DNA from: a virus
Length of the DNA: 64,000 bases
Virus record (IMG/VR): IMGVR_UViG_3300032331_002826
Coordinates: 10,204 to 74,203 of that record
Direction: 5' to 3' (one strand)
Shown: in pieces, positions 43,272 to 52,248 of the stretch
Layout of the letters: every line of letters begins with the position of its first letter
Numbering within the stretch: position 1 is the stretch's first letter
The notes under the pieces: model-generated
What the model was told of the DNA's origin: nothing
Seen by the model: only the letters and a program-made list of their open reading frames with translations
Database searches by the model: none
Position numbers and translations under genes: made by a program

Positions 43272-43934
43272 TTAGTCGTTTTCTTGTCTCCACATATCAT
43301 ATTCACACCGACAACTAAGATAGTCAGCAACGTGAACGATTCTCGGAAGGTTGGTTTTCAACTCATGATCCGGGTTGTATGATTTTAAATATGAAGTATT
43401 AGCCTCATGATACAATCCGTCAGAAAGTTTAATTGCTAATGTCTCCTTCCAATTACACACAATTCCATATTGCTGTAAAATAAACAGAGCACGATCTGTT
43501 ACATCCATATATTGAAGATTTGCGTTGAACTTGTAAATCTCCGACTTGTTCTTTCGATGCCACTCACTATCCTGTGGAAGGTAATAGTCTCCCTGTTCCT
43601 TATCACCCAACTTTCCAAGATCGTGATGAATTGTGGCAAACGCTAGTTCCTCGTCGGTAAAATCAACTGTACCACCACGCATTTCGTACAACTTTTTAAC
43701 ACCAAATGAAGTTGTCAATACGTTGGTAATATGATCAATGTATCCGCCAGGATACGCGTTGTGATAGTGTTCTTTAGCACTAGCAGGAGCCAGTGTCAAT
43801 CTATAACCATACTCATCTTCACTATAAAGATGATTGAGTTTCTTTAACCTTTCACCGGAAAAATATTTCGGCAAAAGTTCCATGAATTTTTCATAATTAG
43901 CAGCAAGTTGTTTTTCAGTGTATGTCTTTGTCAT
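43272..43934 (-). CDS. HD-domain phosphohydrolase
   Basis: APAS..HYH.AYPGG..DH, IHHDLGK, HVAD; start moved downstream of the promoter at 43943-43970. Confidence 0.85.
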   Translation of the reverse strand: MTKTYTEKQLAANYEKFMELLPKYFSGERLKKLNHLYSEDEYGYRLTLAPASAKEHYHNAYPGGYIDHITNVLTTSFGVKKLYEMRGGTVDFTDEELAFATIHHDLGKLGDKEQGDYYLPQDSEWHRKNKSEIYKFNANLQYMDVTDRALFILQQYGIVCNWKETLAIKLSDGLYHEANTSYLKSYNPDHELKTNLPRIVHVADYLSCRCEYDMWRQEND

Positions 43935-43942
43935 AGACATCA

Positions 43943-43970
43943 ATACTACACCAAAACCCAACAATGTCAA
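43943..43970 (-). promoter_or_regulatory. Sigma70-type promoter
   Basis: TTGACA-N16-TAGTAT. Confidence 0.7.
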
Positions 43971-43976
43971 TTATGT

Positions 43977-44468
43977 TTAAACCGTGAATTCGACCGATCC
44001 GTTTGGAGTTGTAAGTTTTATTGATGTGACTATATCTCCATCCTTCTTATTGAAACCACAAGAAAAAGGAGAGTAAACCGATGCAGGAATTGTATCTGAA
44101 CTTCCGTTGTAAGAAATGATGGTATCACTATAAACAAATCCGTCACCGTCAATGTACACCCAATTATACTCAACTACCGGATGAACTTCAATAGATGTAA
44201 CGGTAGGTGGAATTGCAGGTGTAGCTACAGTAAACACATCAGAACTAGTACATTCTCCTTCTGATGTGACTACACGTATTGTGAACTCACTTGATACTCC
44301 TTCGGGAATAGCAAATGCAATTTGAGTAGAGTCGTAATACTGAACGGTATTACACTTGACACCACCAACATATGCGATGGTGTCGTTATCTATGAATCCT
44401 GTTCCATAAACATACGTCCATTGACCAACTGGGCCCGTATGTGGAAGAAAATCTGTAATTATAGGCAT
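43977..44468 (-). CDS. IPT/TIG (Ig-like) domain protein, two repeats
   Basis: PIITDFLPHTGPVG..VYGTGF; second repeat P.VTSI...I.G.GF. Confidence 0.75.
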   Translation of the reverse strand: MPIITDFLPHTGPVGQWTYVYGTGFIDNDTIAYVGGVKCNTVQYYDSTQIAFAIPEGVSSEFTIRVVTSEGECTSSDVFTVATPAIPPTVTSIEVHPVVEYNWVYIDGDGFVYSDTIISYNGSSDTIPASVYSPFSCGFNKKDGDIVTSIKLTTPNGSVEFTV

Positions 44469-44483
44469 ATCACCCTATAAATA

Positions 44484-45209
44484 TCATCGAACCGATATTT
44501 GTTTCAATCGAGTCACAATAAATTTTACCAATGCACTTCTTACAATATCATTCTCATCAAATTCAAACACGTGAATTCCATTTTCTTTACTCTCATCATC
44601 ACGAAATTGTTCAGTGAGTTTTATGAATCCGCTTTTTGACCCAATATCACTTTGTTCTGGATCACCAAGAATAAACACTTTACTGAATTCACCAACGCGT
44701 GTAACCAAAGTGACCAACTCTTTATGAGTCATGTTCTGTGCTTCATCAGCAATGATGCAACGAGCGTTCCAGTTCAATCCACGGAGAAATCCAATAGGAA
44801 TACTGTCTACGTGTTTTTCTTTTTGCAACCAATCAACTGTTGACTTATTCAAAAATTCAGACAACTTCTCAACTAGAGGTTGAATATATGGTGCCATTTT
44901 TTCCTCAGCTTCTCCTGGCAAAAAACCGATCTTACTATCAGAGCTTTCCACTGCGCTTCGTAGATAAAGAAGATCACTAACTCGTTTCTGATTCATCAAT
45001 TTTAGTGCTGTCAACACAGCCAAATATGTCTTTGATGATCCGGCCGGGCCGCTTACAAATACTAGTTTTGTGTTTTTATCTAACGCTATATTAAGAAATT
45101 CTTTTTGTTTTTCCGTCAACTCTCTGTGAGATATGTCCATCTCAGTTTTAATTTTGTGTTTTTGTGGAACAGTAGGACTAGTATCTGGAAGTTTCTTGTG
45201 TTTTTTCAT
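44484..45209 (-). CDS. phoH: PhoH-family ATPase
   Basis: GPAGSSKT, IGFLPG, FLRG, DEAQN, TRVG, GDPEQSD, IVRS. Confidence 0.93.
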   Translation of the reverse strand: MKKHKKLPDTSPTVPQKHKIKTEMDISHRELTEKQKEFLNIALDKNTKLVFVSGPAGSSKTYLAVLTALKLMNQKRVSDLLYLRSAVESSDSKIGFLPGEAEEKMAPYIQPLVEKLSEFLNKSTVDWLQKEKHVDSIPIGFLRGLNWNARCIIADEAQNMTHKELVTLVTRVGEFSKVFILGDPEQSDIGSKSGFIKLTEQFRDDESKENGIHVFEFDENDIVRSALVKFIVTRLKQISVR

Positions 45210-45541
45210 TAGATTTTAGTTTTGGTATCCAATAACAATTCTAGTTTTTTCACTCGGGCGCACAATTCATACTTCTCCTCTTTTATGTAAAAGTTGTATA
45301 TGTGGCTGACATTTTCACGAAACTCAGTTTGTGAAACCGTAATGACGAAATCTGAATTTTTAAAAGCGAAAACCTCCACCATAGGTAGGTTTTTTTCAAC
45401 GGCGAACTCAATTGAAGAGATGACTTTTTCCGTCAAGTCTATTTTATTAGACTCAACGTATGATTCTAACTCAGTAAAGTTAGAAGGCAATACAAACGGT
45501 TTGTACTTTGCTTTTTTTGTCATATCAATAACAGTTGACAA
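45209..45541 (-). CDS. Hypothetical protein with a UVR-like C-terminal helix
   Basis: EEKYELCARVK. Confidence 0.55.
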   Translation of the reverse strand: MSTVIDMTKKAKYKPFVLPSNFTELESYVESNKIDLTEKVISSIEFAVEKNLPMVEVFAFKNSDFVITVSQTEFRENVSHIYNFYIKEEKYELCARVKKLELLLDTKTKI

Positions 45542-45572
45542 TAAATATCTTCAACGTTGTTGATAAACAAAT

Positions 45573-45599
45573 AAAAAACGCCATCCGAAGATGACGTTT
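45573..45599 (-). terminator. Intrinsic terminator
   Basis: AAACGTCATC-TTCG-GATGGCGTTTTTT on the minus strand. Confidence 0.8.
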
Positions 45600-45626
45600 A
45601 CAGTAGATCAAAATGTATCAAACAGG

Positions 45627-45845
45627 TTAATTTTTCTTCTTTGAAGACTTCTTCACAGGGGATGTTTTAGAAGGAGCGGTTTGTTCGGAATCCTGAGTGC
45701 TCAGTTCAATGATTCGATTCTTGGCGGTAGAGTTCCAAGAATTCTTTGTTCTATCAGATGCGAACCCATATGACTTGCCACCAGCAAGTAACTGAGACAC
45801 TTCCGCTTCTGATCCTGCGTTTTTAATTTGCTCTCTTAGTCCCAT
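45627..45845 (-). CDS. Small basic hypothetical protein
   Basis: 72-aa ORF. Confidence 0.6.
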   Translation of the reverse strand: MGLREQIKNAGSEAEVSQLLAGGKSYGFASDRTKNSWNSTAKNRIIELSTQDSEQTAPSKTSPVKKSSKKKN

Positions 45846-45851
45846 AATAGT

Positions 45852-46040
45852 TTACCAAATACGATGCTTTTTTTCATCCTTCTCAACAACTTCAATGGTC
45901 GAACCATCCGGCCATCGTTGAATAAGTGACTTCCAATGTTGCACTTCAGTGTTCGCTTCGACCGGAGTATCATACTCCTGATCAGAAACACGAAGTCCGC
46001 TACGGACAACTACATACTTTTTAGTTTTAGTATCAGACAT
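45852..46040 (-). CDS. Small hypothetical protein
   Basis: 62-aa ORF downstream of a sigma70 promoter. Confidence 0.6.
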   Translation of the reverse strand: MSDTKTKKYVVVRSGLRVSDQEYDTPVEANTEVQHWKSLIQRWPDGSTIEVVEKDEKKHRIW

Positions 46041-46090
46041 AACTGTACTCTTTGTTTATTGTTGTTTACACACTTCGATCTACATTTTCA

Positions 46091-46118
46091 AGTATATCAC
46101 ATCGACATATGATGTCAA
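46091..46118 (-). promoter_or_regulatory. Sigma70-type promoter
   Basis: TTGACA-N16-TATACT with an extended -10 TG. Confidence 0.75.
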
Positions 46119-46126
46119 TGGTTTAT

Positions 46127-46453
46127 TCACCAAAATCTGTGGTTTTCTCTTATGACTTCAAATCCCGCCGTTTCAGACAAATGCCAATGTCTAACTCTAT
46201 GTCCGTTCTCATCTACGGATTCAAGAGTATCTGGAACTTCAACAACACGCAAATCTGCTGTATCACCATTAGCTCGTTCCTGAAGAAATTCAATGACTTC
46301 AATTAGCTTTTGGTTTGTGCGTTCTTCTTGATTGTAGAAACTATATGGCTCTGTTACACCAAGCATATCACATGCTTCTTTTGAAAGTTTGTATCCACAT
46401 TTACTATCTCTATTTTCTTTAGTACCTTTTGATCGATTTACTACAATTTTCAT
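46127..46453 (-). CDS. Hypothetical phage protein
   Basis: 108 aa; RT.QKLIEVIE...ANG..ADLRVVEVPD. Confidence 0.65.
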   Translation of the reverse strand: MKIVVNRSKGTKENRDSKCGYKLSKEACDMLGVTEPYSFYNQEERTNQKLIEVIEFLQERANGDTADLRVVEVPDTLESVDENGHRVRHWHLSETAGFEVIRENHRFW

Positions 46454-46463
46454 ATATCTATAA

Positions 46464-46739
46464 TTAGTCTGAATTCAATTGTTCTTGTACAAATTTGCAA
46501 AGATCTTTGGCTTTTTCATCTGTAATGATTACTGTGTCTGCCCAAAGATGACCATGTATAAGTATATGTTTTATCCACCTAAATCTCTCTTTCCAATTCA
46601 TAACCCTCTGATGTCCCTCACGTGCCCATATGGTTAAGTTAAATCCTTTATCCACATTGTCGTACTTGTATCTTTCAATCTCAAGGGTATGACAACTACA
46701 TTCACATTTTGTGTAATAAGATATTTCAGTGGGTTTCAT
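46464..46739 (-). CDS. Hypothetical protein
   Basis: 91-aa ORF. Confidence 0.6.
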   Translation of the reverse strand: MKPTEISYYTKCECSCHTLEIERYKYDNVDKGFNLTIWAREGHQRVMNWKERFRWIKHILIHGHLWADTVIITDEKAKDLCKFVQEQLNSD

Positions 46740-47164
46740 ATGTCTGTAAATCTATAAGATCCTCCTTCTGGATGAACAACAACGCTTTCATAGTGAAAAC
46801 ACTGCATCATTTCATACACCGTATTGTATATTGTAACTCCTCCATTTGGAAAGCATGGGTCTCCAACTCTATGAGTTTTGTACAAGTATAGTTTGTAAAA
46901 GTCTGGGTATTTTGCGACCAACACACGTGTGCCTTTTGGAGTGATTTCGTTTACTACGTTGGTTTTGTCAACATTAATAAACACCTCAAAAATGGTTCCA
47001 TTTGTACCAATGATCTTAGGTATACTTTTGTAATACCTATTTGATTCATCTGACTCAGTAATCTTCTTCGATTTCTTCTTTACTTTTTTGGCGTCGTCCG
47101 CCGGATCAATAATCTTGGCTTTGATATCATCCAGACGTTCTTTTTGTTTTTTGATTTTTTTCAT
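46736..47164 (-). CDS. Hypothetical protein
   Basis: 142-aa ORF with ATGA overlaps. Confidence 0.6.
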   Translation of the reverse strand: MKKIKKQKERLDDIKAKIIDPADDAKKVKKKSKKITESDESNRYYKSIPKIIGTNGTIFEVFINVDKTNVVNEITPKGTRVLVAKYPDFYKLYLYKTHRVGDPCFPNGGVTIYNTVYEMMQCFHYESVVVHPEGGSYRFTDI

Positions 47165-48480
47165 TTAACTGTTAGCTCGCACAACTTGTTATAGTCACTG
47201 TTTATCTGATCGAGCATATTCGCAGGAATCAAATCTACACTATCTAACAATCGACGACAAGATTTTTTTGATTCATCATATTTTTTCAAATACATAGCTG
47301 ATGTATAATGATAATACAAAGGTTCATAGTTTGTGTCGGGATATGCACATTTGTTTAAGAAAAACTCTCGTTGTTTTTCAACATCAACATGATTGTTTTG
47401 TATGGACAACAATGAGTATAAATACGTCATTTTATGATCCTGTTTTTCAACGTAATATCTACATAAACACAAAAGTCCTTCGTTTCTGGTGTGGTCAATC
47501 CGATAACTATTTATCAAATATTGAATTCCGTCTTTCTTATCGTCGTAACATCTAAGTATAAGTTCACCCATGTAACAAAAAGCAACATACGCCATTTCGT
47601 TTGTGTATCCCAAAGTTGTGGGAATAGATTCATACATTATTGATAAGTTGGTATCATCTCTTATTCCCATTGTTAATTCTAAATATTTTCTGTAGTAGAA
47701 AATGCTTCTGCGTGCTATTTCTTTTATGTGATCGTCGCCAAACATCATTTTCATATTGGCAAATTTGTGGTCCGATGATCGGTAGTTTTCGAGAAAGTCA
47801 TAATAAGACTTTGCAAGATACCAAACATAATAAGCATCATAGGAAAAGTCAGGGTCGTTTCTATCTTTGATAGGAGTTAGAATCAATTGATGTTCAAGTT
47901 CTTTAGCGTCCACATAGAACTTCAAAGGATTAGTAGAACTATGACTTCCTTCTACCATGATGATTCTTAGATTTTTTGACAGATATCCAAGTTTCCACTT
48001 CTCTCTAGATTTACGTCGAATCAATTCATGTGCTCTGCTTGGAACAAACTCCCAGTCAATTTTAGCATTCAAAATCCAAGGTCTATATACAGATGTGTCA
48101 CCAAAACTCGTTTTTGAATGAACATACCATTCATCACAATTAAACAGTTGGTCCCAATCAAAATCGTCGTCCACTTCAAGTCGTTCATCAGCATCAACTC
48201 GGAGAATATAATCACATCCATGATCCGATTTCAAACACGTTTGAGTTGCATCGTTTCTATTGTGACCATGGCTAACCCACGGAGTATAATACAGAAACCC
48301 AGGAATGTTCTTCTCTTTGAAAAAACTAGTAATCAACTGTTGAGTTCCATCTGTAGATCCGTTGTCTTGAATAACCCAATAGTCAATGTATTTGTACACG
48401 GTTTCAAGCATAGGAATAATGACTTTGGCTTCATTCTTCACCATGATGTTAAATACGATTTTGATTTTATTTTTGGGCAT
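47161..48480 (-). CDS. GT2 glycosyltransferase with a TPR-like C-terminus
   Basis: IMVKNEA, DNGSTDGT, RN, VDADE, HE; start set at MPKNKIK. Confidence 0.85.
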   Translation of the reverse strand: MPKNKIKIVFNIMVKNEAKVIIPMLETVYKYIDYWVIQDNGSTDGTQQLITSFFKEKNIPGFLYYTPWVSHGHNRNDATQTCLKSDHGCDYILRVDADERLEVDDDFDWDQLFNCDEWYVHSKTSFGDTSVYRPWILNAKIDWEFVPSRAHELIRRKSREKWKLGYLSKNLRIIMVEGSHSSTNPLKFYVDAKELEHQLILTPIKDRNDPDFSYDAYYVWYLAKSYYDFLENYRSSDHKFANMKMMFGDDHIKEIARRSIFYYRKYLELTMGIRDDTNLSIMYESIPTTLGYTNEMAYVAFCYMGELILRCYDDKKDGIQYLINSYRIDHTRNEGLLCLCRYYVEKQDHKMTYLYSLLSIQNNHVDVEKQREFFLNKCAYPDTNYEPLYYHYTSAMYLKKYDESKKSCRRLLDSVDLIPANMLDQINSDYNKLCELTVK

Positions 48481-48511
48481 AACGATGTTACAGTTAACTA
48501 TATCAGCGCAA

Positions 48512-48541
48512 AGAAAAACCACAAACTTTCATTTGTGGTTT
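48512..48541 (-). terminator. Intrinsic terminator
   Basis: AAACCACAAA-TGAAAG-TTTGTGGTTT followed by TTCTTT. Confidence 0.8.
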
Positions 48542-48546
48542 AACTT

Positions 48547-48707
48547 ACAGACTACTCCTCACTTCTATTCTGAGGGGAAGTTAACCCCAAGTCTACCTCA
48601 CGGCGTAGACCGCCTTACTCAAGTTTCGAAACAATTCAAGTTTCTACTTTTATGTCGAGTGCGCCCATGTATCCATACTAAGGGCAATTTATTGAGTCAT
48701 CGTCTGT
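48547..48707 (-). ncRNA. Unclassified multi-stem structured RNA
   Basis: Closing ACAGAC/GUCUGU; internal ACUCAA/UUGAGU, GCCC/GGGC, GUCUAC/GUAGAC, CCUCA/UGAGG; followed by a terminator. Confidence 0.5.
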
Positions 48708-48913
48708 CAAACATCTTCTTCTTCAACTGGATTTTTGATGGTTGGAGAAATTGCTTCAGCTTCTTCTACAACTGCTTTAATCTCATTCTCCAAATCTTTT
48801 ATCTTCTCTTTATATCCAGCGGAGATATCCTTAAAATCTTTCTTAGTGAAGATCAACTTTTCAGTAAGTTCGTAAACTTTCTTTTCTGCTTCTGATTTAG
48901 ATATTGTAACCAT
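48707..48913 (-). CDS. Small coiled-coil protein
   Basis: 68-aa ORF. Confidence 0.6.
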   Translation of the reverse strand: MVTISKSEAEKKVYELTEKLIFTKKDFKDISAGYKEKIKDLENEIKAVVEEAEAISPTIKNPVEEEDV

Positions 48914-48977
48914 TTTAATGTATAACCTTTCTATGTAATAACTATTGGTATGTGTAACTAAACTGTCGGAAAAAAAT

Positions 48978-49368
48978 TGGTGGACGTGGCGGGATTCGAA
49001 CCCGCGTCTTCAAAAATATATTCTACATCAGACTACACGCTTATGAATTTTTTGACCGCACAACAACCATAATCTAAAATCCCAAACTTATGATTGTTTA
49101 TGTTTGTAAGTTTCAACAACATATCCAAACTATATGTCATCAAGCCTGATAGAGTACACCCAACACAATTATCAGACATCGTTGTATTGGATGTGCAGCA
49201 ACTTAAGCTGCGAGTAGTGCAACGTCTTCTCTCTTAGAAGTGAAGTCGTAGCTGATTACTTTGCTTTTCTTAGCATTTATTTTTTGAACAGATGATTAAA
49301 GAGGCCGACCGTTCATCCTCTGCGTGCCTAACATGAACTAATCTTTGAATCGAGACCAGTACACGCCC
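48978..49368 (-). ncRNA. ssrA: tmRNA
   Basis: Acceptor GGGCGUG/CACGUCC-A-CCA with G3:U; T-arm GCGGG UUCGAAU CCCGC; tag AKKSKVISYDFTSKREDVALLAA-stop at 49274..49203. Confidence 0.95.
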
Positions 49369-49394
49369 AAATTTTGAAAGAACAACTATAAGTA

Positions 49395-50024
49395 TCAGAT
49401 CGATTTAGGATCGTATCCGAATTTCATAAATGCATCATGATAGAAATGAGCAACAATGTCAATCTCTTTTTGAGTATAATAACTCTGCCAATCACTTAAC
49501 GTTGGATTGTTTTTATTCCTTCTCAGAATAAACTCGGGTCCAGAACCTCCACTTTCAGTGTAACTATTTTGAACAAGTTGATTTTGAATTATAGATTGAA
49601 CATTCGGATCTTTTAAATCCACAAAAGGAATTTTGGCAAGATCTTCCATATAATTTTCAATCCTAACATAGATGTCTGGTTGTTTTTTGTATGTTAGAAT
49701 TGGAGAAAATTCACCCATTCCTGTCATACCTGATACCCATTCTGGAAAAGTCTGACGTATGATGATATTATTGTTTTCATCGATGTCAAAATTCCTCCAA
49801 TGCCAAACAGATAAAACGTGTGAATATGGATTACGTACATTACATATCACCAAATAATCGTCACACCCCGCCGGTATTCCTATCTCATGAGTTCCTTGCT
49901 CTTTGATGTGACATTGACTTGCAGCGTTGTAAAAATCGTAGTATTCCAAAATGTAAGACATCGATCTACTGGCTGTACGAGGCGGCAACCACCACACCGC
50001 TTTATGTTTATGATTTACAAGCAT
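49395..50024 (-). CDS. Sulfotransferase-family protein
   Basis: PAPS-binding-like PPRTASRS and VRNPYS; YYTQ..I..VA.FY..F..FGY. Confidence 0.8.
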   Translation of the reverse strand: MLVNHKHKAVWWLPPRTASRSMSYILEYYDFYNAASQCHIKEQGTHEIGIPAGCDDYLVICNVRNPYSHVLSVWHWRNFDIDENNNIIIRQTFPEWVSGMTGMGEFSPILTYKKQPDIYVRIENYMEDLAKIPFVDLKDPNVQSIIQNQLVQNSYTESGGSGPEFILRRNKNNPTLSDWQSYYTQKEIDIVAHFYHDAFMKFGYDPKSI

Positions 50025-50105
50025 ATTATGTATCCTATATCGAATACATATGTTTATGTTGAGTAATATTCAGAAAGAAATGTCTGAATTAATATCTAAC
50101 AAATT

Positions 50106-50179
50106 TGGAGCGGGTAGTGGGAATCGAACCCACACATCAACCTTGGCAAGGTCGAAGGCTACCACTACATCATACCCGC
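50106..50179 (-). tRNA. tRNA-Gly(GCC)
   Basis: Cloverleaf, anticodon loop UUGCCAA, U73, CCA. Confidence 0.92.
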
Positions 50180-50191
50180 ATTATTAAAATT

Positions 50192-50267
<76 letters not shown>

Positions 50268-50400
50268 ATTTAATATCACCAATACATAGTGATAAAAAAT
50301 TGAAAAAAACACAAACCGTGCTATTATACGCTAAAAAGCAATGCGGCACATGCGCCCAAACCCTTACGGAATCCTCCTATCGGGTGTTTGTGTTTTCAAT

Positions 50401-50556
50401 TGGATGACCGTGACTTGCGAATATATGGGGATTTCACGAAAAACGTTCCTAGTATTGAACAGGACATGATCCACTGTTCACCAGTCTATCCCACCAACTT
50501 CAGTCTCTTATACCCTCCCACGGGTATCGTGCATTAATTCTATACACCAACGATCA
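50401..50556 (-). ncRNA. tRNA-like RNA with a large insertion at the T-arm position
   Basis: Acceptor UGAUCGU/ACGGUCA-U-CCA, D-like GUGUA/UGCAC, AUACCC/GGGUAU hairpin, then an insert of about 90 nt. Confidence 0.55.
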
Positions 50557-50561
50557 AATTT

Positions 50562-50918
50562 TTAATCTCCTTTTTGGAGTCGAATACTATCTTCATCAAA
50601 ATGTTGTGTACTGAATTCAAACAACTCAGTGTCTTCAATTGCATACATTTGATGTTTCAGTCCAATTGGAATATGAAAATGGTCACCCTTGTTTAATGCA
50701 ACAGATGTAGACTTATTAATATCATCGTGCCAACCATAATACAATATAATCTTTCCACTTTGGACATAAAATGTTTCATCCTTAATTTTGTGATAGTGCC
50801 AACTACACTTTCGATCCTTCACAAGATAAAGAATCTTGCCACAATACTTTTCATTGTTGACAATCCACTTTTCAAATCCCCATCCCTTCGGTACAATATG
50901 TAATCTTTGGTAATCCAT
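50562..50918 (-). CDS. Cupin-domain protein (sugar isomerase-like)
   Basis: KGWGFE, SWHYHKIKDETFY, IP.G..H. Confidence 0.85.
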   Translation of the reverse strand: MDYQRLHIVPKGWGFEKWIVNNEKYCGKILYLVKDRKCSWHYHKIKDETFYVQSGKIILYYGWHDDINKSTSVALNKGDHFHIPIGLKHQMYAIEDTELFEFSTQHFDEDSIRLQKGD

Positions 50919-50925
50919 AAATTAA

Positions 50926-51213
50926 TTTGACACAGCCGTAGCCGATGTTCTGTTCTATTCCTACATTTATCTCAATATCTCTATTGGTCATCCATTAAAG
51001 ATGACTGCTCCAACCTTGTCCTGATAACGTGCAGCACTACACTCGGACACTTTAGGATTACTGCTAATTTGTGGTGTTAACGAGGGGGACTATCACAATG
51101 AAGTGGTCTTAGCCGATTTGGACTCGGTTTACAATGCCCTCTCCCAATCATCTGCTGTGCAGCATCGAACTTCCTCTAGGATATTATCCCAGCGTAGGAT
51201 CGCTTATGTCAAA
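50926..51213 (-). ncRNA. rnpB: RNase P RNA (catalytic subunit) with a divergent S-domain
   Basis: P1 UUUGACAUA/UGUGUCAAA, P2 UCCUAC/GUAGGA, P3 hairpin, CR-I GAGGAAGUUCGAUG, CR-IV AGAUAAAUG, CR-V ACAGAACAUCGGCUAC; forms P4 with a bulged U. Confidence 0.85.
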
Positions 51214-51235
51214 ATTTCAGTCAGTGTTTGATAAA

Positions 51236-51454
51236 CTATTGCTTTGCAAACAAATGCAGATTCTCTGCTTTCAACGTATCCATTTGTTTTTCTATGACTT
51301 TGCGTTTTGTAACGTCATTTGTTTTCTCCCATTTTACCACAAGCGAACTGTATTGCTTGCGATACTTTTCAATGGTGAGTTTTTTGGTTACGTTGTCTGC
51401 GCCAAATGCATTCAATGCAAGTGTCAATACGATTGTTGCTAGAATTGTTTTCAT
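51236..51454 (-). CDS. Small secreted protein
   Basis: Signal peptide MKTILATIVLTLALNAFG; start moved so it does not overlap the tRNA. Confidence 0.65.
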   Translation of the reverse strand: MKTILATIVLTLALNAFGADNVTKKLTIEKYRKQYSSLVVKWEKTNDVTKRKVIEKQMDTLKAENLHLFAKQ

Positions 51455-51481
51455 ATGTTCAACAATACATATTGATGAAAG

Positions 51482-51557
51482 TGGTCGGAGTGGAGAATTT
51501 CGCAATCTCAACCTCCTGTCTCCAAAACAGGCCGTCTACTTTTGACATTACACTCCG
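51482..51557 (-). tRNA. tRNA-Pro(UGG) with an atypical T-arm
   Basis: CGGAGUG/CACUCCG-A-CCA, loop UUUGGAG, T-loop UGCGAAA. Confidence 0.8.
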
Positions 51558-51565
51558 ATAAAAAT

Positions 51566-51639
51566 TGGCAGGGGATAAGGGAATCGAACCCCTACAAAGG
51601 GCTTCAAAGGCCCCCGCACTACCATTATGCAAATCCCCA
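51566..51639 (-). tRNA. tRNA-Gln(UUG)
   Basis: Loop CUUUGAA, G73, CCA. Confidence 0.9.
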
Positions 51640-51648
51640 GTTCTAAAT

Positions 51649-51739
51649 TGGCGGTGAGGGAGGGATTCGAACCCTCGGTGGTTTTTTAGTCCACAACAGT
51701 TTAGCAAACTGTCTCTTTAGACCACTCAGACACCTCACC
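51649..51739 (-). tRNA. tRNA-Ser(GCU)
   Basis: Long V-arm, loop UUGCUAA. Confidence 0.93.
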
Positions 51740-51821
51740 GTAAAATATTTGACATCTCCGATTTCTTCAAGGGACGATTTTATCAGTCCTCGGCTCTAAG
51801 TCAAGTAGAGTTGTATTAAAT

Positions 51822-51909
51822 TGGAGGAGAGAGAGGGATTCGAACCCCCGGAGGCTTTCACCCCTACGGTTTTCAAGACCGTCGCCTTAGACCACTCAGC
51901 CACCTCTCC
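51822..51909 (-). tRNA. tRNA-Ser(UGA)
   Basis: Long V-arm, loop CUUGAAA. Confidence 0.93.
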
Positions 51910-51929
51910 ATTTTGAAAGAACTATATGT

Positions 51930-51957
51930 AGTATAAACACAAACGTGTTGATGTCAA
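51930..51957 (-). promoter_or_regulatory. Sigma70-type promoter for the tRNA-Ser cluster
   Basis: TTGACA-N16-TATACT. Confidence 0.75.
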
Positions 51958-52077
51958 CTACAAACTAAATTTTCTACCGTTTAAAGCCGTCTTACCATTC
52001 AAATAAATTTGAATGCGTCTAAGCAGGGTTTTCGCCCCTCGTTCACCATATGGTGAATACGTCTAAACTAGCAAAAT

Positions 52078-52153
52078 TGGTGGACCAGGTGAGAATCGAA
52101 CTCACAACAGATTGCTTGCAAAGCAGTCTCGCTCCCTTAGAACATGCCAGCCC
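52078..52153 (-). tRNA. tRNA-Ala(UGC), second copy
   Basis: G3:U70, loop UUUGCAA. Confidence 0.88.
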
Positions 52154-52161
52154 GTAAAATT

Positions 52162-52248
52162 TGGTGGGTGTAGAGGGACTTGCACCCCCATGCCTTTCGG
52201 CAGCTCGTTTTAAGTGAGCCGTGTATACTAATTCCAAACCATACACCC
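52162..52248 (-). tRNA. tRNA-Leu(UAA)
   Basis: Long V-arm, loop CUUAAAA, T-loop UGCAAGU. Confidence 0.88.

Noticed and set aside
48547-48707. Hammerhead ribozyme or 6S RNA
   Set aside because: There is no CUGAUGA core, and the fold is branched rather than rod-like
2811-48895. Many short plus-strand ORFs in the track
   Set aside because: They are antisense shadows of long minus-strand genes, with no promoters or motifs
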